IMG/VR virus record: IMGVR_UViG_3300016457_000036
Location: 7,253 to 71,252 of that record
DNA from: a virus
Taxonomy: Duplodnaviria > Heunggongvirae > Uroviricota > Caudoviricetes
Strand: one strand, 5' to 3'
Length of the DNA: 64,000 nucleotides
The notes under the pieces were generated by a model. That model saw only the letters and a program-made list of their open reading frames with translations. It ran no database searches and was not told the origin of the DNA. The translations under genes were made by a program, and so were the position numbers. Of this stretch, positions 9,202 through 19,625 are shown in pieces; within the stretch, counting starts at the first letter, position 1; the number at the start of each line of letters is the position of its first letter.

Positions 9202-9483
9202 ATGTCCTATAACTTACAGTATCAATGTGATAACTGTGGCCGCATAGCATGGGCTGCAGAAGAACCTGAAGAATGGGACTGTCCCTGCTACGATCCGATG
9301 GCTGAAAAGCTAAAAGAATGTGGCTTTGAGCCTACTCACCCGCCGATGAATAAAACAGAGTGTAACGCCCGCTATCGTCATCAGTATCAACTAAATGGAA
9401 ATAAGTGGTTTGATGATCGTGCTAATTGGATGTTCTTAGGAAAATTCGATATTTATCCTGACCGAACGAAGGAGTTTGAATGA
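9202..9483 (+). CDS. Cys-rich small protein (93 aa)
   Basis: CDNCG...CPCYDP motif. Confidence 0.4.
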   Translation: MSYNLQYQCDNCGRIAWAAEEPEEWDCPCYDPMAEKLKECGFEPTHPPMNKTECNARYRHQYQLNGNKWFDDRANWMFLGKFDIYPDRTKEFE

Positions 9484-9668
9484 TAACTGTATACCAACCC
9501 ATCCTACTAGGTGCACGGAATGAGATCGTAACTCGTTCTCTAACTGTTTACTACACAAAAGAAGAGGCTATGCGTCACTTCTCAAACGACGCTACACGCT
9601 ATGTTACTAAGCAAGTCTTAGTTATGAAACTAAAAGGAAATGACCATGAGCAAAGAAATAACTACTAA
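9480..9668 (+). CDS. hypothetical protein (62 aa)
   Basis: ATGA overlap; AAGGAG Shine-Dalgarno sequence. Confidence 0.35.
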   Translation: MITVYQPILLGARNEIVTRSLTVYYTKEEAMRHFSNDATRYVTKQVLVMKLKGNDHEQRNNY

Positions 9669-9843
9669 TCCATTATCCCTGGAAGCATGGTTAGAAATAG
9701 AAGTATATCCTGGTATGAATATGGAGTTCTTCATTGGACTAGAATGTGCTGAAAGTGGCAAAGACAGAGAAAGTGGTTTCGACATAGGAACTGAACAAGA
9801 GGAACAGTATGAACTGTATCTCGAAGCAATGGCTAATTCATAA
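9640..9843 (+). CDS. hypothetical acidic protein (67 aa)
   Basis: AAAGGAAATG. Confidence 0.35.
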   Translation: MTMSKEITTNPLSLEAWLEIEVYPGMNMEFFIGLECAESGKDRESGFDIGTEQEEQYELYLEAMANS

Positions 9844-9852
9844 GGAGCCCAT

Positions 9853-10128
9853 ATGCAAGATCCATACAACTTTTTAAAGGTCACTAGAAGCGACACAGGC
9901 GCAGTATTAGCTATTCGTAAGGATCGCATCATATCTGTAGAAGACTTTCTCGACACACATAGAACTTCACAGATGGAAAAGTTTCATCAACATACCGAAA
10001 CTGTTATCACCTATGAACGTCCACACATCAGCAGAGGCTACCCACAAGGTGAGCCTGACCATGTACTGACCACATCTGTTGCTTTCGTTAGAGAGCCATA
10101 TTCAAAGATTATTCCACTCATCGATTAA
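9853..10128 (+). CDS. hypothetical protein (91 aa)
   Basis: AAGGAG Shine-Dalgarno sequence. Confidence 0.45.
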   Translation: MQDPYNFLKVTRSDTGAVLAIRKDRIISVEDFLDTHRTSQMEKFHQHTETVITYERPHISRGYPQGEPDHVLTTSVAFVREPYSKIIPLID

Positions 10129-10138
10129 AAGGCTATAT

Positions 10139-10360
10139 ATGTCCAAAGAACACTCATTGTTACCTAATGTAAACCTAACAGGAGTCGATGGAAATTCCTT
10201 CGCTATTCTAGGTGCTACTGAACGTGCTATTAAGATGCACTACACCGAACCTGAGAAGAGTAATATCCTTGCTGAGTTCAACACAGAAGCTAAATCCGGT
10301 GACTATGATCACTTAATCCAAACAGTATTCAAATACTGTAATGTAACTATGAAAGGCTAA
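10139..10360 (+). CDS. hypothetical protein (73 aa)
   Basis: internal ATG of track ORF with AAAAGG Shine-Dalgarno sequence. Confidence 0.4.
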   Translation: MSKEHSLLPNVNLTGVDGNSFAILGATERAIKMHYTEPEKSNILAEFNTEAKSGDYDHLIQTVFKYCNVTMKG

Positions 10361-10362
10361 AC

Positions 10363-10662
10363 ATGGCAAATCTTATTCACCTCGAAGTACTCGAAACACT
10401 ATCTAAACTAGAGCAAGAAGAAGTTCTTCTTGTCGCTGTTCGTGAGGATAGAGCAGTTCAAGAAATTAACTACACGCTAGAACAGGAAGATGACCATTTT
10501 GCTCTTACTCAAGAAGATCTATGTGAACTACTCACTATGCACCTTGACGATGATACTATTATCAAAAAGGTACGCAAAGGTAGTAAGTATCGTTACGATG
10601 CAGATGCTCATAAAATCATCACAGAAGCTATTCCATACAAATGGCAAACGGCAGGAGAATAG
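10363..10662 (+). CDS. hypothetical acidic protein (99 aa)
   Basis: ORF, tight spacing. Confidence 0.4.
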   Translation: MANLIHLEVLETLSKLEQEEVLLVAVREDRAVQEINYTLEQEDDHFALTQEDLCELLTMHLDDDTIIKKVRKGSKYRYDADAHKIITEAIPYKWQTAGE

Positions 10663-10663
10663 T

Positions 10664-10879
10664 ATGGAAAACTCTCAATACATCACACAATACGGTGTTA
10701 CAACACAGACTATCGCTATCGTAGACGCTATGTGGGACTTCTCTGAAGATGCTCATACACGTGGTGACATTCTGCAAGAGTTAGGTCTTATTACTAAACT
10801 CTACCAAAAAGTAATGAATAGACCTTTTGACTCGGAAGAGATAATTGCCACTATCGTTGTTAAACACGTACTAGCTTAA
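10664..10879 (+). CDS. hypothetical protein (71 aa)
   Basis: GGAGAA Shine-Dalgarno sequence; ATG at 10664. Confidence 0.4.
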   Translation: MENSQYITQYGVTTQTIAIVDAMWDFSEDAHTRGDILQELGLITKLYQKVMNRPFDSEEIIATIVVKHVLA

Positions 10880-10888
10880 GGAGCTCCC

Positions 10889-11284
10889 ATGACCGCACTA
10901 CAATATATGATCCGTAAAAATGAGATTATTCACGATCTAACAGAACTTACTCTTATTCCTGATGACCAACTAATAGATGTACCACCTCAGTATCTATTTT
11001 TTGAAGGTCTTGCACCTGGTAGAAGAAGTGACGCTAAGATCTGTCCTTACTGTATTATTTATCTTAACAGAGAAGAAAGAGACTACGAAAACGAAAGTCT
11101 CTGTGCAGGATGTCCAATGGATACGGCAGATAATAACTGCATAACAAAACATGATGACACAAGTACATATGAACACGTTAGAGAAGCTTTAAGAGAGGAT
11201 TATGACTATTCTGATATTCATGAAATACCTGCTATTCAAATTCTTATCGCTAAATATAATAAGCAGTTTGGAAAACAAAAATGA
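10889..11284 (+). CDS. Cys-rich protein (131 aa)
   Basis: AAGGAG Shine-Dalgarno sequence; CPYC...CAGCPMD motifs. Confidence 0.45.
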   Translation: MTALQYMIRKNEIIHDLTELTLIPDDQLIDVPPQYLFFEGLAPGRRSDAKICPYCIIYLNREERDYENESLCAGCPMDTADNNCITKHDDTSTYEHVREALREDYDYSDIHEIPAIQILIAKYNKQFGKQK

Positions 11285-11523
11285 AACGTTCGTTAATCCT
11301 ACGATATGTCTCTACATTAGCCTTCATTGTAGGCTATGTAGGCACATCTCTTTATGTTGATCCATTCCTCTTATTATTTATTGCACTTGCAACTGTAGGC
11401 TATACCACAGTAATAGATGTAATTCGTATAGAAGAATCTGAAAAAGAACTTAGTGAGCAAATAGAAGTTCTTACTCAAATTAATAAAGCTCTTGTAGAAC
11501 TACGAAACTTAACCACTAAATAA
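11281..11523 (+). CDS. small membrane protein (80 aa)
   Basis: two hydrophobic helices. Confidence 0.4.
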   Translation: MKRSLILRYVSTLAFIVGYVGTSLYVDPFLLLFIALATVGYTTVIDVIRIEESEKELSEQIEVLTQINKALVELRNLTTK

Positions 11524-11552
11524 CTACTCTCCACTATTAAAAAGGAACCCAC

Positions 11553-13319
11553 ATGGCAGAACAATTCAACTTTAAAGAACTAGATAAGCACCTCAGAGCC
11601 GAGTGGCTTGCTAAACGTCCTGACTTCGTACAAGCATTTATTGATAACATTCAAAACATCGCTGATACGCATATGACTGAAGCTCTAGCAGTTGACAGAT
11701 GGGCTGAGTACATCGATATTGAGCGTCAAGCACCTCATATTTATTACTATCTTGCTTCTTGTCAAGATAGTATGCCTATTCAAAATATGATCGGCGGCAT
11801 GGCTACACTTATCAATGATCATAATGAACGTGACCTACCTACAGTATGGAACACGCACCAAATCGCATCAGAGATTATCTTCGCATTGAATGGTATCTTC
11901 ACTACTGTACAGTTGACATACAATGGAAAGTATGTTGTACGTAGCCTACTACGCGATCCTGAGCTCTCTGAGACACTCATGTATCCATTACCATTAGCTG
12001 AGCCTGCTTATGCCTCACGTGCTCTTGGAGCGTATGCTTGGAATATCACTAATGATGATGCTCTGAATGTATTGAACGCTATTCCTATGACAATCATGCA
12101 GTTTCCTGAGCAGATGCCATTCATCGGTGCTAACCCATCGGACGCAGACAAGGAACTAATGGTCAAGTATGAAGTACGTAAGGCGCTACAGCCTAGCTTT
12201 AGTGGTAAACGTATCTTCTATAATTGGCACTCAGACTACAGAGGTCGTATGTCACCTGGTGCATATCACTTCAACCCGCATGGAAATGAGTATGAGAAAT
12301 CTATCATTGCCTTCGCTGAACCTGAGAAAGTATCTTGGGCAGGTGTGATGGAATACCGTAAAGCCTTAGCTCGCTGTGCAGGTCTTGGAAAAGATACTGA
12401 CATGGAGAAACTAAAGTGGTACGCACAAAACTCACTCACCAACTTCGCTGATGTAATATGGAAAGAGCCACATACTGCTGTCTCTATCCTAACTGCATTT
12501 GAGCAGATCAAGAACACAGGACGTACTAATATCCCTATTGAACTTGACTCTACTAATTCACAGTTGCAAATGGTAGCGGTACTAACCGGTGACATGCAGA
12601 CAGCACTTACTTGTAACGTCGTACCTGATGGTGATAAGATCGCTGATGCCTATGGTATCTTGGCTGAGATTATGACTAAGATCTCCGGCAAACTCTATAC
12701 TCGTCATGACGTTAAATACGCAATGATGGTAGCAGGTTATGGCGGTGGAAAAGATGTAGTAATCGCAGAGTTCGTGGACGCTATGGACAATGACTACGAT
12801 GTTGGTGAAACATACGAGACATTCCTAGCTGCTATGGAATATGTGAGCCCTGCTTCCGGTCTACTTAAAGACACATTCGACAATCTATGGAAGGACGATT
12901 GGACTGAGGTTACTTGGACTCTACCTGATGGATTTGTAGCTTGCTATAAGCCTGTTCAGACTATGACTCTAACTCTACGTCCATTCGGTATCGACATCGA
13001 GTGTCTTGCTACAGTTAATCAAGCTATCGACTTCTCTACTGCACTCTACGTGAATGTAATTCACTCAGTTGATGCATACGTAGCTCGACAGAAAGTTATC
13101 CGTGCTAAGGGTAAATCATGGTCTATTCATGACGGCTTTCCAATGAGAGCAAACTTCGTATCTACAGGTGTTCAGAACTACAAGGACATCTTAGGTGAAA
13201 TCGCAGACTCGCGCCTATTAGAGGACATCTTAACTGAGATCTCCGGATCATACGTACCTACATTTGGAAAACAATTCGGCAACGATGCAATTCAATTAGG
13301 CAACTACGCTATCTCTTAA
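11553..13319 (+). CDS. large hypothetical protein (588 aa)
   Basis: AAAGGAACC Shine-Dalgarno sequence; long uninterrupted ORF; no motif recognised. Confidence 0.6.
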   Translation: MAEQFNFKELDKHLRAEWLAKRPDFVQAFIDNIQNIADTHMTEALAVDRWAEYIDIERQAPHIYYYLASCQDSMPIQNMIGGMATLINDHNERDLPTVWNTHQIASEIIFALNGIFTTVQLTYNGKYVVRSLLRDPELSETLMYPLPLAEPAYASRALGAYAWNITNDDALNVLNAIPMTIMQFPEQMPFIGANPSDADKELMVKYEVRKALQPSFSGKRIFYNWHSDYRGRMSPGAYHFNPHGNEYEKSIIAFAEPEKVSWAGVMEYRKALARCAGLGKDTDMEKLKWYAQNSLTNFADVIWKEPHTAVSILTAFEQIKNTGRTNIPIELDSTNSQLQMVAVLTGDMQTALTCNVVPDGDKIADAYGILAEIMTKISGKLYTRHDVKYAMMVAGYGGGKDVVIAEFVDAMDNDYDVGETYETFLAAMEYVSPASGLLKDTFDNLWKDDWTEVTWTLPDGFVACYKPVQTMTLTLRPFGIDIECLATVNQAIDFSTALYVNVIHSVDAYVARQKVIRAKGKSWSIHDGFPMRANFVSTGVQNYKDILGEIADSRLLEDILTEISGSYVPTFGKQFGNDAIQLGNYAIS

Positions 13320-13381
13320 AAAGGGGTATGCCAATTTTAGAGGGTGTTACACAATAACATCCTTTTTCCTAGGAGGAAATA

Positions 13382-13657
13382 ATGAGTGAACCACTACAAG
13401 AAACTATGCCAGGCAACAGCCTAAAAAGTCTAAGAACTATCCTATTTCAAGAGTTGATGGATCTTCGTAACGATAAAGTAGATACTTCTCACGCAATAGC
13501 AGTAAGTAAAATATCTTCGCAGGTGATTACTAGTTACAAAGCAGAAATTGATGCAGTAAACAGCATTAATAATCTCAAAGATAAGAACATGGCTTATGCT
13601 CATGTACTGGCCAACACAGTTACTCCTGACATTACTACTGTGATAAAAGAAAAGTAA
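13382..13657 (+). CDS. hypothetical protein (91 aa)
   Basis: AGGAGGAAA Shine-Dalgarno sequence. Confidence 0.45.
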   Translation: MSEPLQETMPGNSLKSLRTILFQELMDLRNDKVDTSHAIAVSKISSQVITSYKAEIDAVNSINNLKDKNMAYAHVLANTVTPDITTVIKEK

Positions 13658-13658
13658 A

Positions 13659-14369
13659 ATGCTTAATTACTCATTTGACAAGTTTAGCGGAGAAGAGCTA
13701 AGAAAATGTGGAATATGTGAACTTAATATAGCAGGGCCTGCAGTGGTGCCTGCTCGTGAAAATACTAATATACCTACAGTAGCAAAATTCATATTAGAAG
13801 ATTTATCATTCATCTTCTTAAACCGTAATCATATATGCCCTGACTGCGCTACAGCTTTCATACGCTTTACCGCAAATAAGAAATATACTTCTATTAACTC
13901 CTATGTAGAGGCTAGAGATTTTGGAGATACTGTTGACTATATAAACATACAACTTAATCTTATCAGAAGCAGTGTCTCAGCTATGAGTACAGAATATTTT
14001 GATATGGAAGAATATACCTTCATGCTAAGTATGTTAAAACAACACTCTAAAATAATAGCAAAAGAAGTATTAAGCGTAAAACGTAATGTAGCTACTATAG
14101 ACGCACTTAGAGCTAAGTATGAAGCAGAGTTAGAAGTAGCTTTTATAGAGTTCTATATCCATAAAATAGAGTACAAAGTAGATAATGGTGTACCATTATC
14201 TGAAGCTGCTAGGTTTTCTCGTGTACCTTCAAACCATTTTCATCGTATTAGAAGAATACGTGATATAGGGCACAAAAGCAGAGGTAAGCTCGTAGTTACA
14301 TTAGAAGGTATACAGCAAATAGAGTCGCTATATAAATTAGAACAGGTGCTTAAATGCCCTACACAATAA
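13659..14369 (+). CDS. zinc-finger protein (236 aa)
   Basis: CGICE...HICPDC motif. Confidence 0.45.
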   Translation: MLNYSFDKFSGEELRKCGICELNIAGPAVVPARENTNIPTVAKFILEDLSFIFLNRNHICPDCATAFIRFTANKKYTSINSYVEARDFGDTVDYINIQLNLIRSSVSAMSTEYFDMEEYTFMLSMLKQHSKIIAKEVLSVKRNVATIDALRAKYEAELEVAFIEFYIHKIEYKVDNGVPLSEAARFSRVPSNHFHRIRRIRDIGHKSRGKLVVTLEGIQQIESLYKLEQVLKCPTQ

Positions 14370-14379
14370 AAGGATCCCT

Positions 14380-14730
14380 ATGCAAAAAGAACAACTCATC
14401 ACTAAAGTAATCGAACAGATCAAAAAAGATCTTGCTGTACCTGACACAGAGGCTCTCTATGAGCTTCTTACCTATGTACCATCACACAACTTAGTAGGGT
14501 ATCTACCTGAAGAAGAGGCTCCTATCACAGTAGATCTCACTCTTATCGAATACTTACAGACTAATGAGATCGACTACAAGGAACTTAATGGCGGTGTACA
14601 CGTAGTAGTTATCGGCAAAGATTTTCAAACGTATGATGTCTATCCTACTACTGAGAAGTGGAAAGCTCGCGCTGCTACTGATTGGGGTAAAGGTCTAAAG
14701 AACTTCTACCGTGAATTGGAGGGCAAGTAA
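14380..14730 (+). CDS. hypothetical protein (116 aa)
   Basis: AAAGGATCC Shine-Dalgarno sequence. Confidence 0.45.
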   Translation: MQKEQLITKVIEQIKKDLAVPDTEALYELLTYVPSHNLVGYLPEEEAPITVDLTLIEYLQTNEIDYKELNGGVHVVVIGKDFQTYDVYPTTEKWKARAATDWGKGLKNFYRELEGK

Positions 14731-14873
14731 TGCTATTTACGGGGATCACACCCGGATACTACTTTTGTTTAGTAGGCCAAATAAATAGAGGAACATGCAG
14801 TAAACAAGTGTTCAGACGACATAATAAATATGGCGATGATACGTACTATTTAGTAACATAAAAAGGATGATCA

Positions 14874-15059
14874 ATGGAAGTAATTAAAGAACAGGCTGAA
14901 ATACAATACAGCCTTCGTCTCACAGCAGCCGAAGCTTCATGGCTTAAAGGCATTATGCAGAACCCATTTTGGGGACAGCACCCTACTGAAGAAGCTGAAG
15001 AGGACCGTGAAAATCGTCATGCTTTATTCGACACACTTAATATACAAGGAGTAAAGTAA
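14874..15059 (+). CDS. hypothetical protein (61 aa)
   Basis: AAAAGGATG Shine-Dalgarno sequence. Confidence 0.35.
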   Translation: MEVIKEQAEIQYSLRLTAAEASWLKGIMQNPFWGQHPTEEAEEDRENRHALFDTLNIQGVK

Positions 15060-15316
15060 TGAGCACTTATCAGAAATTCTATGCCCAAGTAACACTTGCT
15101 AATAAAAGTAGCCATGTACTTAGTAGAGTGGAAGATAAGATGCTCAAAATAATTGCGGATCAAGCTGATCGCATTACTAAACTTGAACAGAATGACCACT
15201 TACATGAATTTGTACCTCACACACGTCGTACTATCCATATGGAAGGTATACACAGCGTTCGTGAAACCTACAAGTGTAAATTCTGCAATGCTACAAAGGT
15301 GGTAGATGATGGCTGA
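15059..15316 (+). CDS. hypothetical protein (85 aa)
   Basis: AAGGAG Shine-Dalgarno sequence; CKFCN motif. Confidence 0.4.
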   Translation: MSTYQKFYAQVTLANKSSHVLSRVEDKMLKIIADQADRITKLEQNDHLHEFVPHTRRTIHMEGIHSVRETYKCKFCNATKVVDDG

Positions 15317-15815
15317 TATGATTGGATTTATAATCGGATGGGGAATAGTCACCTGGCTATTCGTTAAATTCGTACAAGGTGGTATGAAACTATCCGGTGA
15401 ACTCAAAAAGAAAAAGGCTAAGGCTACACAGAAACGTAGAGCTGAAGCACAGCATGGCTTTGGAGAGATGCTCACATCATGTGAACGTGAACTCGAAGAG
15501 ATGCATGCATATAAACCTGAAGTACCCTACGATCAGTATCTTGACTACCTCGATTCACCTGAATGGAAGAAGAAACGTCTTGCTACTATCAAACGTGATA
15601 AGAACTGTTGTCAACAATGTGGAAATAAGTTTCCTAATAAGGAATTAGAGGTACATCATATTCACTATAAACGTCTTAAAAGAGAGCAACCGGAAGACCT
15701 CATTACTCTATGTGAATTCCATCACGAACTACTGCATGACTTTCATGGAGATAAAGCAGGATATTATCCTCTCTTAACCATGTCTCAACTAACTACTGCG
15801 CTAAAGGACTACTAA
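15306..15815 (+). CDS. HNH endonuclease with N-terminal transmembrane segment (169 aa)
   Basis: CCQQCG...EVHHIHY...LCEFHHELLH = HNH motif; N-term hydrophobic MADMIGFIIGWGIVTWLFV. Confidence 0.55.
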   Translation: MMADMIGFIIGWGIVTWLFVKFVQGGMKLSGELKKKKAKATQKRRAEAQHGFGEMLTSCERELEEMHAYKPEVPYDQYLDYLDSPEWKKKRLATIKRDKNCCQQCGNKFPNKELEVHHIHYKRLKREQPEDLITLCEFHHELLHDFHGDKAGYYPLLTMSQLTTALKDY

Positions 15816-15935
15816 CTATGGAACTCAAGCGCAGAATACTCAAAAAGCTGTAAAAAGCTCAACACAGTCTCAAGCGCAGCCCTTAAAATGGCTCTGTTTG
15901 TGACTTTTTATTTTTTTCTTACTAAAGGACCGGAA

Positions 15936-16271
15936 ATGGCAGGATTACCAACATCACCCGATATGAAAACAGACAGCTCTAAACTTTACTTCTTATTCTC
16001 AGATAATCCTTATGATGGACTATCTATTATCATGGTGGGAAACAAGTTAGCATGTATCACTCACATTCTAAATCTAATGAAAAAAGACAAGACAGGATAC
16101 TTTGTTTACACAGTAGGAGAAGCTGATGAAGCTCTTCGTAATGATGTTGATGCCTACATTGCAGATGACTTACTTGTATACCTCAGACCTGTCAGTTCAG
16201 TGCGTCATGAACGAGATGCTTATGATCACTTCATGGCACAACCTGTCCCTGAAGAAGAGAGTACTTTTTAA
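15936..16271 (+). CDS. hypothetical protein (111 aa)
   Basis: AAAGGACC Shine-Dalgarno sequence before ATG at 15936. Confidence 0.4.
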   Translation: MAGLPTSPDMKTDSSKLYFLFSDNPYDGLSIIMVGNKLACITHILNLMKKDKTGYFVYTVGEADEALRNDVDAYIADDLLVYLRPVSSVRHERDAYDHFMAQPVPEEESTF

Positions 16272-16471
16272 TGAATAATACATACACATCAAAAGTAACT
16301 ATCTACACAGGCTCCTCTAGTTTATGCACGTACACAGTAGGTCAAAACTGCCTTGAAATTGAATACACAGCAGGTACTTCAGGTGTTGAAGTAACTATCT
16401 TATTCAGCACAGGCAGTATTAAAATCTATCGCGGTAATTTCGCTTATGAATTGGAGCAAGAAAATGTTTAA
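16271..16471 (+). CDS. hypothetical protein (66 aa)
   Basis: ATGA overlap. Confidence 0.3.
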   Translation: MNNTYTSKVTIYTGSSSLCTYTVGQNCLEIEYTAGTSGVEVTILFSTGSIKIYRGNFAYELEQENV

Positions 16472-16733
16472 ATGGATCAAAAATTTATTTACTGCACTTG
16501 ATGAACCTTATAAAGGCAGTAACGAAACCTTCATCAATAAGTATACAGAGATCGAAGCTATCTTAGCTAGAAAACCTCTAACTACCGATGATCTAAAAGA
16601 GGCTAATCTGCAAATGACTATTCTTGTAGAGTATGCTCTTACGCAGGGTGATGCAAGACTTATGCACACACTACACGCTATCATTGGAGTAGAAATCGAT
16701 CTATATGCACTAAGACAAAAAAGGGAGACATAA
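16446..16733 (+). CDS. hypothetical protein (95 aa; start uncertain)
   Basis: ORF track. Confidence 0.35.
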   Translation: MNWSKKMFKWIKNLFTALDEPYKGSNETFINKYTEIEAILARKPLTTDDLKEANLQMTILVEYALTQGDARLMHTLHAIIGVEIDLYALRQKRET

Positions 16734-16842
16734 TGCTTACTATTATAGTAGTATTCCTCGAAGCTTTCGTAAACTATAGACCAGGTGAAATCTACAACGG
16801 TACATTCATCTTAGATCTTGTACTACTTGCTATTTTCGCTAC

Positions 16843-17091
16843 TTGGCTATTATCGTGAAACGTCAGTATCGAATTGAAAAAAGAGAAGATCTCTACCGAG
16901 TAGTCACATATTGGCGCATCTTCGGTATTGTCTTTACTTCTTATGATGACCACGCTGTCGATGGAGGCAGTTTTAGACCTACTACGTTTAAGACTTTAGA
17001 TCATGCTAAAAAAGCACTTAAATTAAAAATGCGTAAATACCATGATCCTGAATGGGTAATTATTTTAGATACTGCAAAGGCTAAACTATGA
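16843..17091 (+). CDS. hypothetical protein (82 aa; TTG/GTG start)
   Basis: ORF track. Confidence 0.3.
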   Translation: MAIIVKRQYRIEKREDLYRVVTYWRIFGIVFTSYDDHAVDGGSFRPTTFKTLDHAKKALKLKMRKYHDPEWVIILDTAKAKL

Positions 17092-17546
17092 ACACTAAAA
17101 ACGGGATCCCGATCAGAGAAGTAAAAGAGAAATTTGTCAACACTGTAGTTCTATTTGACTCTGAAAATGTAGATGTTACTAATTGGTATAAACGCATACA
17201 GAAGTTCTTAGGCGCACAGGCTAAAGTAAACAAAGAGTATCACTGCATAGCAGCCTTCTCACGACACAATCAAGAGTATGCCTTCTCTGTACACGATAAT
17301 CGAGTAAAACAGCTCACAACAAACAGTAAACAGCCTAATGCTGCAGACGACCTGATAGTTGAGTGGTATGAAAAAGATACTCGCTACTACAGATATGTAA
17401 TTGTCACAAATGATAAGCTTCTAATTGAACGCTTAAATAAAATCGCACACGACAAAGATAAATATCTAATGATTATTTACACAAATAAAGATCTACTTAC
17501 TTCCTACGAAAATGTAATGTTTCATCACTTAGTGGCTAAGGACTAA
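17088..17546 (+). CDS. hypothetical protein (152 aa)
   Basis: ATGA overlap with upstream. Confidence 0.45.
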   Translation: MNTKNGIPIREVKEKFVNTVVLFDSENVDVTNWYKRIQKFLGAQAKVNKEYHCIAAFSRHNQEYAFSVHDNRVKQLTTNSKQPNAADDLIVEWYEKDTRYYRYVIVTNDKLLIERLNKIAHDKDKYLMIIYTNKDLLTSYENVMFHHLVAKD

Positions 17547-17547
17547 T

Positions 17548-17859
17548 ATGACTAAAATAGAATTATGGCAAGACTCTGTAGTAAAAACTGTTATAGCAGC
17601 TCGTAAATCACAACGGCTATTAAAAGAAGCGGAAGCGAATTTTGAAATGCCTATTAATCTCAGACCTGCTACACCTGAAGATATTCGTCCTGGTAATATT
17701 ATTTGGTATCCTGTTACAGAAAACTCGGACCCGTTTTGGCAATCAGTTACACAGATACTAGCCGGAGGTACTGACGATTTCAAAGCGTATGAAGCACACG
17801 ATGGATGCCGATATGGATTACATAATGCCTACATAGAAGTCACTCATGAAAGCCATTAG
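17548..17859 (+). CDS. hypothetical protein (103 aa)
   Basis: AAGGACTAATATG. Confidence 0.45.
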   Translation: MTKIELWQDSVVKTVIAARKSQRLLKEAEANFEMPINLRPATPEDIRPGNIIWYPVTENSDPFWQSVTQILAGGTDDFKAYEAHDGCRYGLHNAYIEVTHESH

Positions 17860-18196
17860 CGGAAAAATCTTTGATGATATGCGAGTTATCAGCTATCACC
17901 ACAAAGATAAAACTAAAGCATGGTGGGCTGTAGAGTGCATCTTCTGCCATAAACGTAAGATTATGGCTCGACCTAAGATCTTAGAAGGCGTAGGCACTCA
18001 TTGTGTCCTATGTACTAATAAAAAAGGCAACGTCTTAAAAGCAGAAGAGATAGAGATCACCGACGAATATAACTCAGGCATCGCTGTAAAAATAATCGCT
18101 TACAATCATTCGCTCAGTTTAAGATCAGTTTATAATATCTTACATAGAACAAAAACTAATCTACGAAGAAAAAAGGATGATAATGACTCAAAATGA
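17846..18196 (+). CDS. zinc-ribbon protein (116 aa)
   Basis: CIFCHKRK...CVLCTN. Confidence 0.4.
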   Translation: MKAISGKIFDDMRVISYHHKDKTKAWWAVECIFCHKRKIMARPKILEGVGTHCVLCTNKKGNVLKAEEIEITDEYNSGIAVKIIAYNHSLSLRSVYNILHRTKTNLRRKKDDNDSK

Positions 18197-18446
18197 GCTA
18201 AAGACTACATTACAGGGTATATGTAAAGACTACTACACTATTACAGAAATTCTCTTTTATACAAATGAACATAGTCAATTAATTGTAGTGATCTTCACAT
18301 TCAACAATAGAGATGAGGCAGACTTACGCTCTATGAGCTTCGATAAAATTCAAGGCGCTATTAACTTCTTCGATGCTACTGATCGAATTACAATGGGTAA
18401 TGCACCACTCGCTGAAGTATCTCAACCTACCCTCTCACTATCATAA
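18177..18446 (+). CDS. hypothetical protein (89 aa)
   Basis: AAAAGGATGATAATG. Confidence 0.4.
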   Translation: MIMTQNELKTTLQGICKDYYTITEILFYTNEHSQLIVVIFTFNNRDEADLRSMSFDKIQGAINFFDATDRITMGNAPLAEVSQPTLSLS

Positions 18447-18456
18447 GGAAACACAC

Positions 18457-18810
18457 ATGGAAAAGCCTTCAATAGCACTACTCACAGCTATACACGGTGA
18501 AAAAGTCATCTTCGTAGATGATGAACCAATTAAAAACGATGTACTTCGCTTTCTCTTTCTTAACCGTTGTTACACTAACTCGACAGCAGAGTTCATGAGC
18601 ATCTATAAACTCACAGACCTGATGAAAACATGGCTACTAACCTTAGACTATGAAATCGACATGGCAATCTCTACACACAGTGTCGGAGCTGAGCTTATCG
18701 GTGAATGTGACTGTGATGAATTTGGCTGCTTAAAATTCTCTGCTACTAAAGACTCTGAATATGAAGCTGTTCTAGCTCTTGCTGAGTGGGCATTAAAGGA
18801 AATTAAATGA
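18457..18810 (+). CDS. hypothetical protein (117 aa)
   Basis: AAGGAAACACACATG start inside track ORF. Confidence 0.4.
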   Translation: MEKPSIALLTAIHGEKVIFVDDEPIKNDVLRFLFLNRCYTNSTAEFMSIYKLTDLMKTWLLTLDYEIDMAISTHSVGAELIGECDCDEFGCLKFSATKDSEYEAVLALAEWALKEIK

Positions 18811-19220
18811 CTAAACAAGAAATCCAAGCTCAAATAAATGAGCTACAAAAACAGTTGGACAAATGTCCTGACGTAGCACCATTTACTTGTAAAGGTCAGT
18901 GGCATACAGGATATGGTGGTCAAGCACATGAAGAAGTTTCGCAATCTACTTATAGAAAAGCCTCATTCAACTATTGGCAAACCCAAAAGATCGCAGAGAA
19001 GGCTTATCAGCTACAGCTATGTCATCGTAAGATGTTAAGTTTTATTAGTCAGTATCAAGAGTTGGGTGAAGGTGAATATTACATATATAAGTCAAGTACA
19101 GCGATTGGATGGCATACATCTCGAAACACTGCATACTTTCCTGATGTGGTAACAATGACCAAAGAGACAGCAGACAAGATGCTAAAAGCTCTTGAGAATG
19201 GCTCATTGGATCTATTATGA
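18807..19220 (+). CDS. hypothetical protein (137 aa)
   Basis: ATGA overlap. Confidence 0.45.
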   Translation: MTKQEIQAQINELQKQLDKCPDVAPFTCKGQWHTGYGGQAHEEVSQSTYRKASFNYWQTQKIAEKAYQLQLCHRKMLSFISQYQELGEGEYYIYKSSTAIGWHTSRNTAYFPDVVTMTKETADKMLKALENGSLDLL

Positions 19221-19297
19221 TCAAATACCCAAATAAAGGCAGAGGTGTACACCGCATAAAAATGTGGAAATATCTTCGCGCTAAATAAGGATCTCAA

Positions 19298-19534
19298 ATG
19301 AATAAATACATACTACTAATGGGCTATTGGTACTTCTCTATGAACACAGGAGAAGACTGTGAATCAGATGTGGTCGCTATCTTTGACTCACAAAAAGATC
19401 TTGATAAATACATCTCAGAAAAAGGTATTGAATTAGGTAAAGTCAAACTTACTTATGCAGATGAAGATCCTATCACCGGCGACAAAGAGTGGTATTACAC
19501 TCAAGAATTGACTACTGATGAAAATAAGAGATAA
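19298..19534 (+). CDS. hypothetical protein (78 aa)
   Basis: AAGGATCTCAAATG. Confidence 0.4.
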   Translation: MNKYILLMGYWYFSMNTGEDCESDVVAIFDSQKDLDKYISEKGIELGKVKLTYADEDPITGDKEWYYTQELTTDENKR

Positions 19535-19625
19535 GCTACTATTTGCAATCGCTATACTAGCCGCTCTAACAGATACGATATTAATCATTAATGTCGTACA
19601 CCATTGGAACTAAAAAGGAACAAGT

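Noticed and set aside
12266-12595. Minus-strand ORF inside the 588-aa gene
   Set aside because: Antisense to a long, clean ORF; no Shine-Dalgarno sequence.
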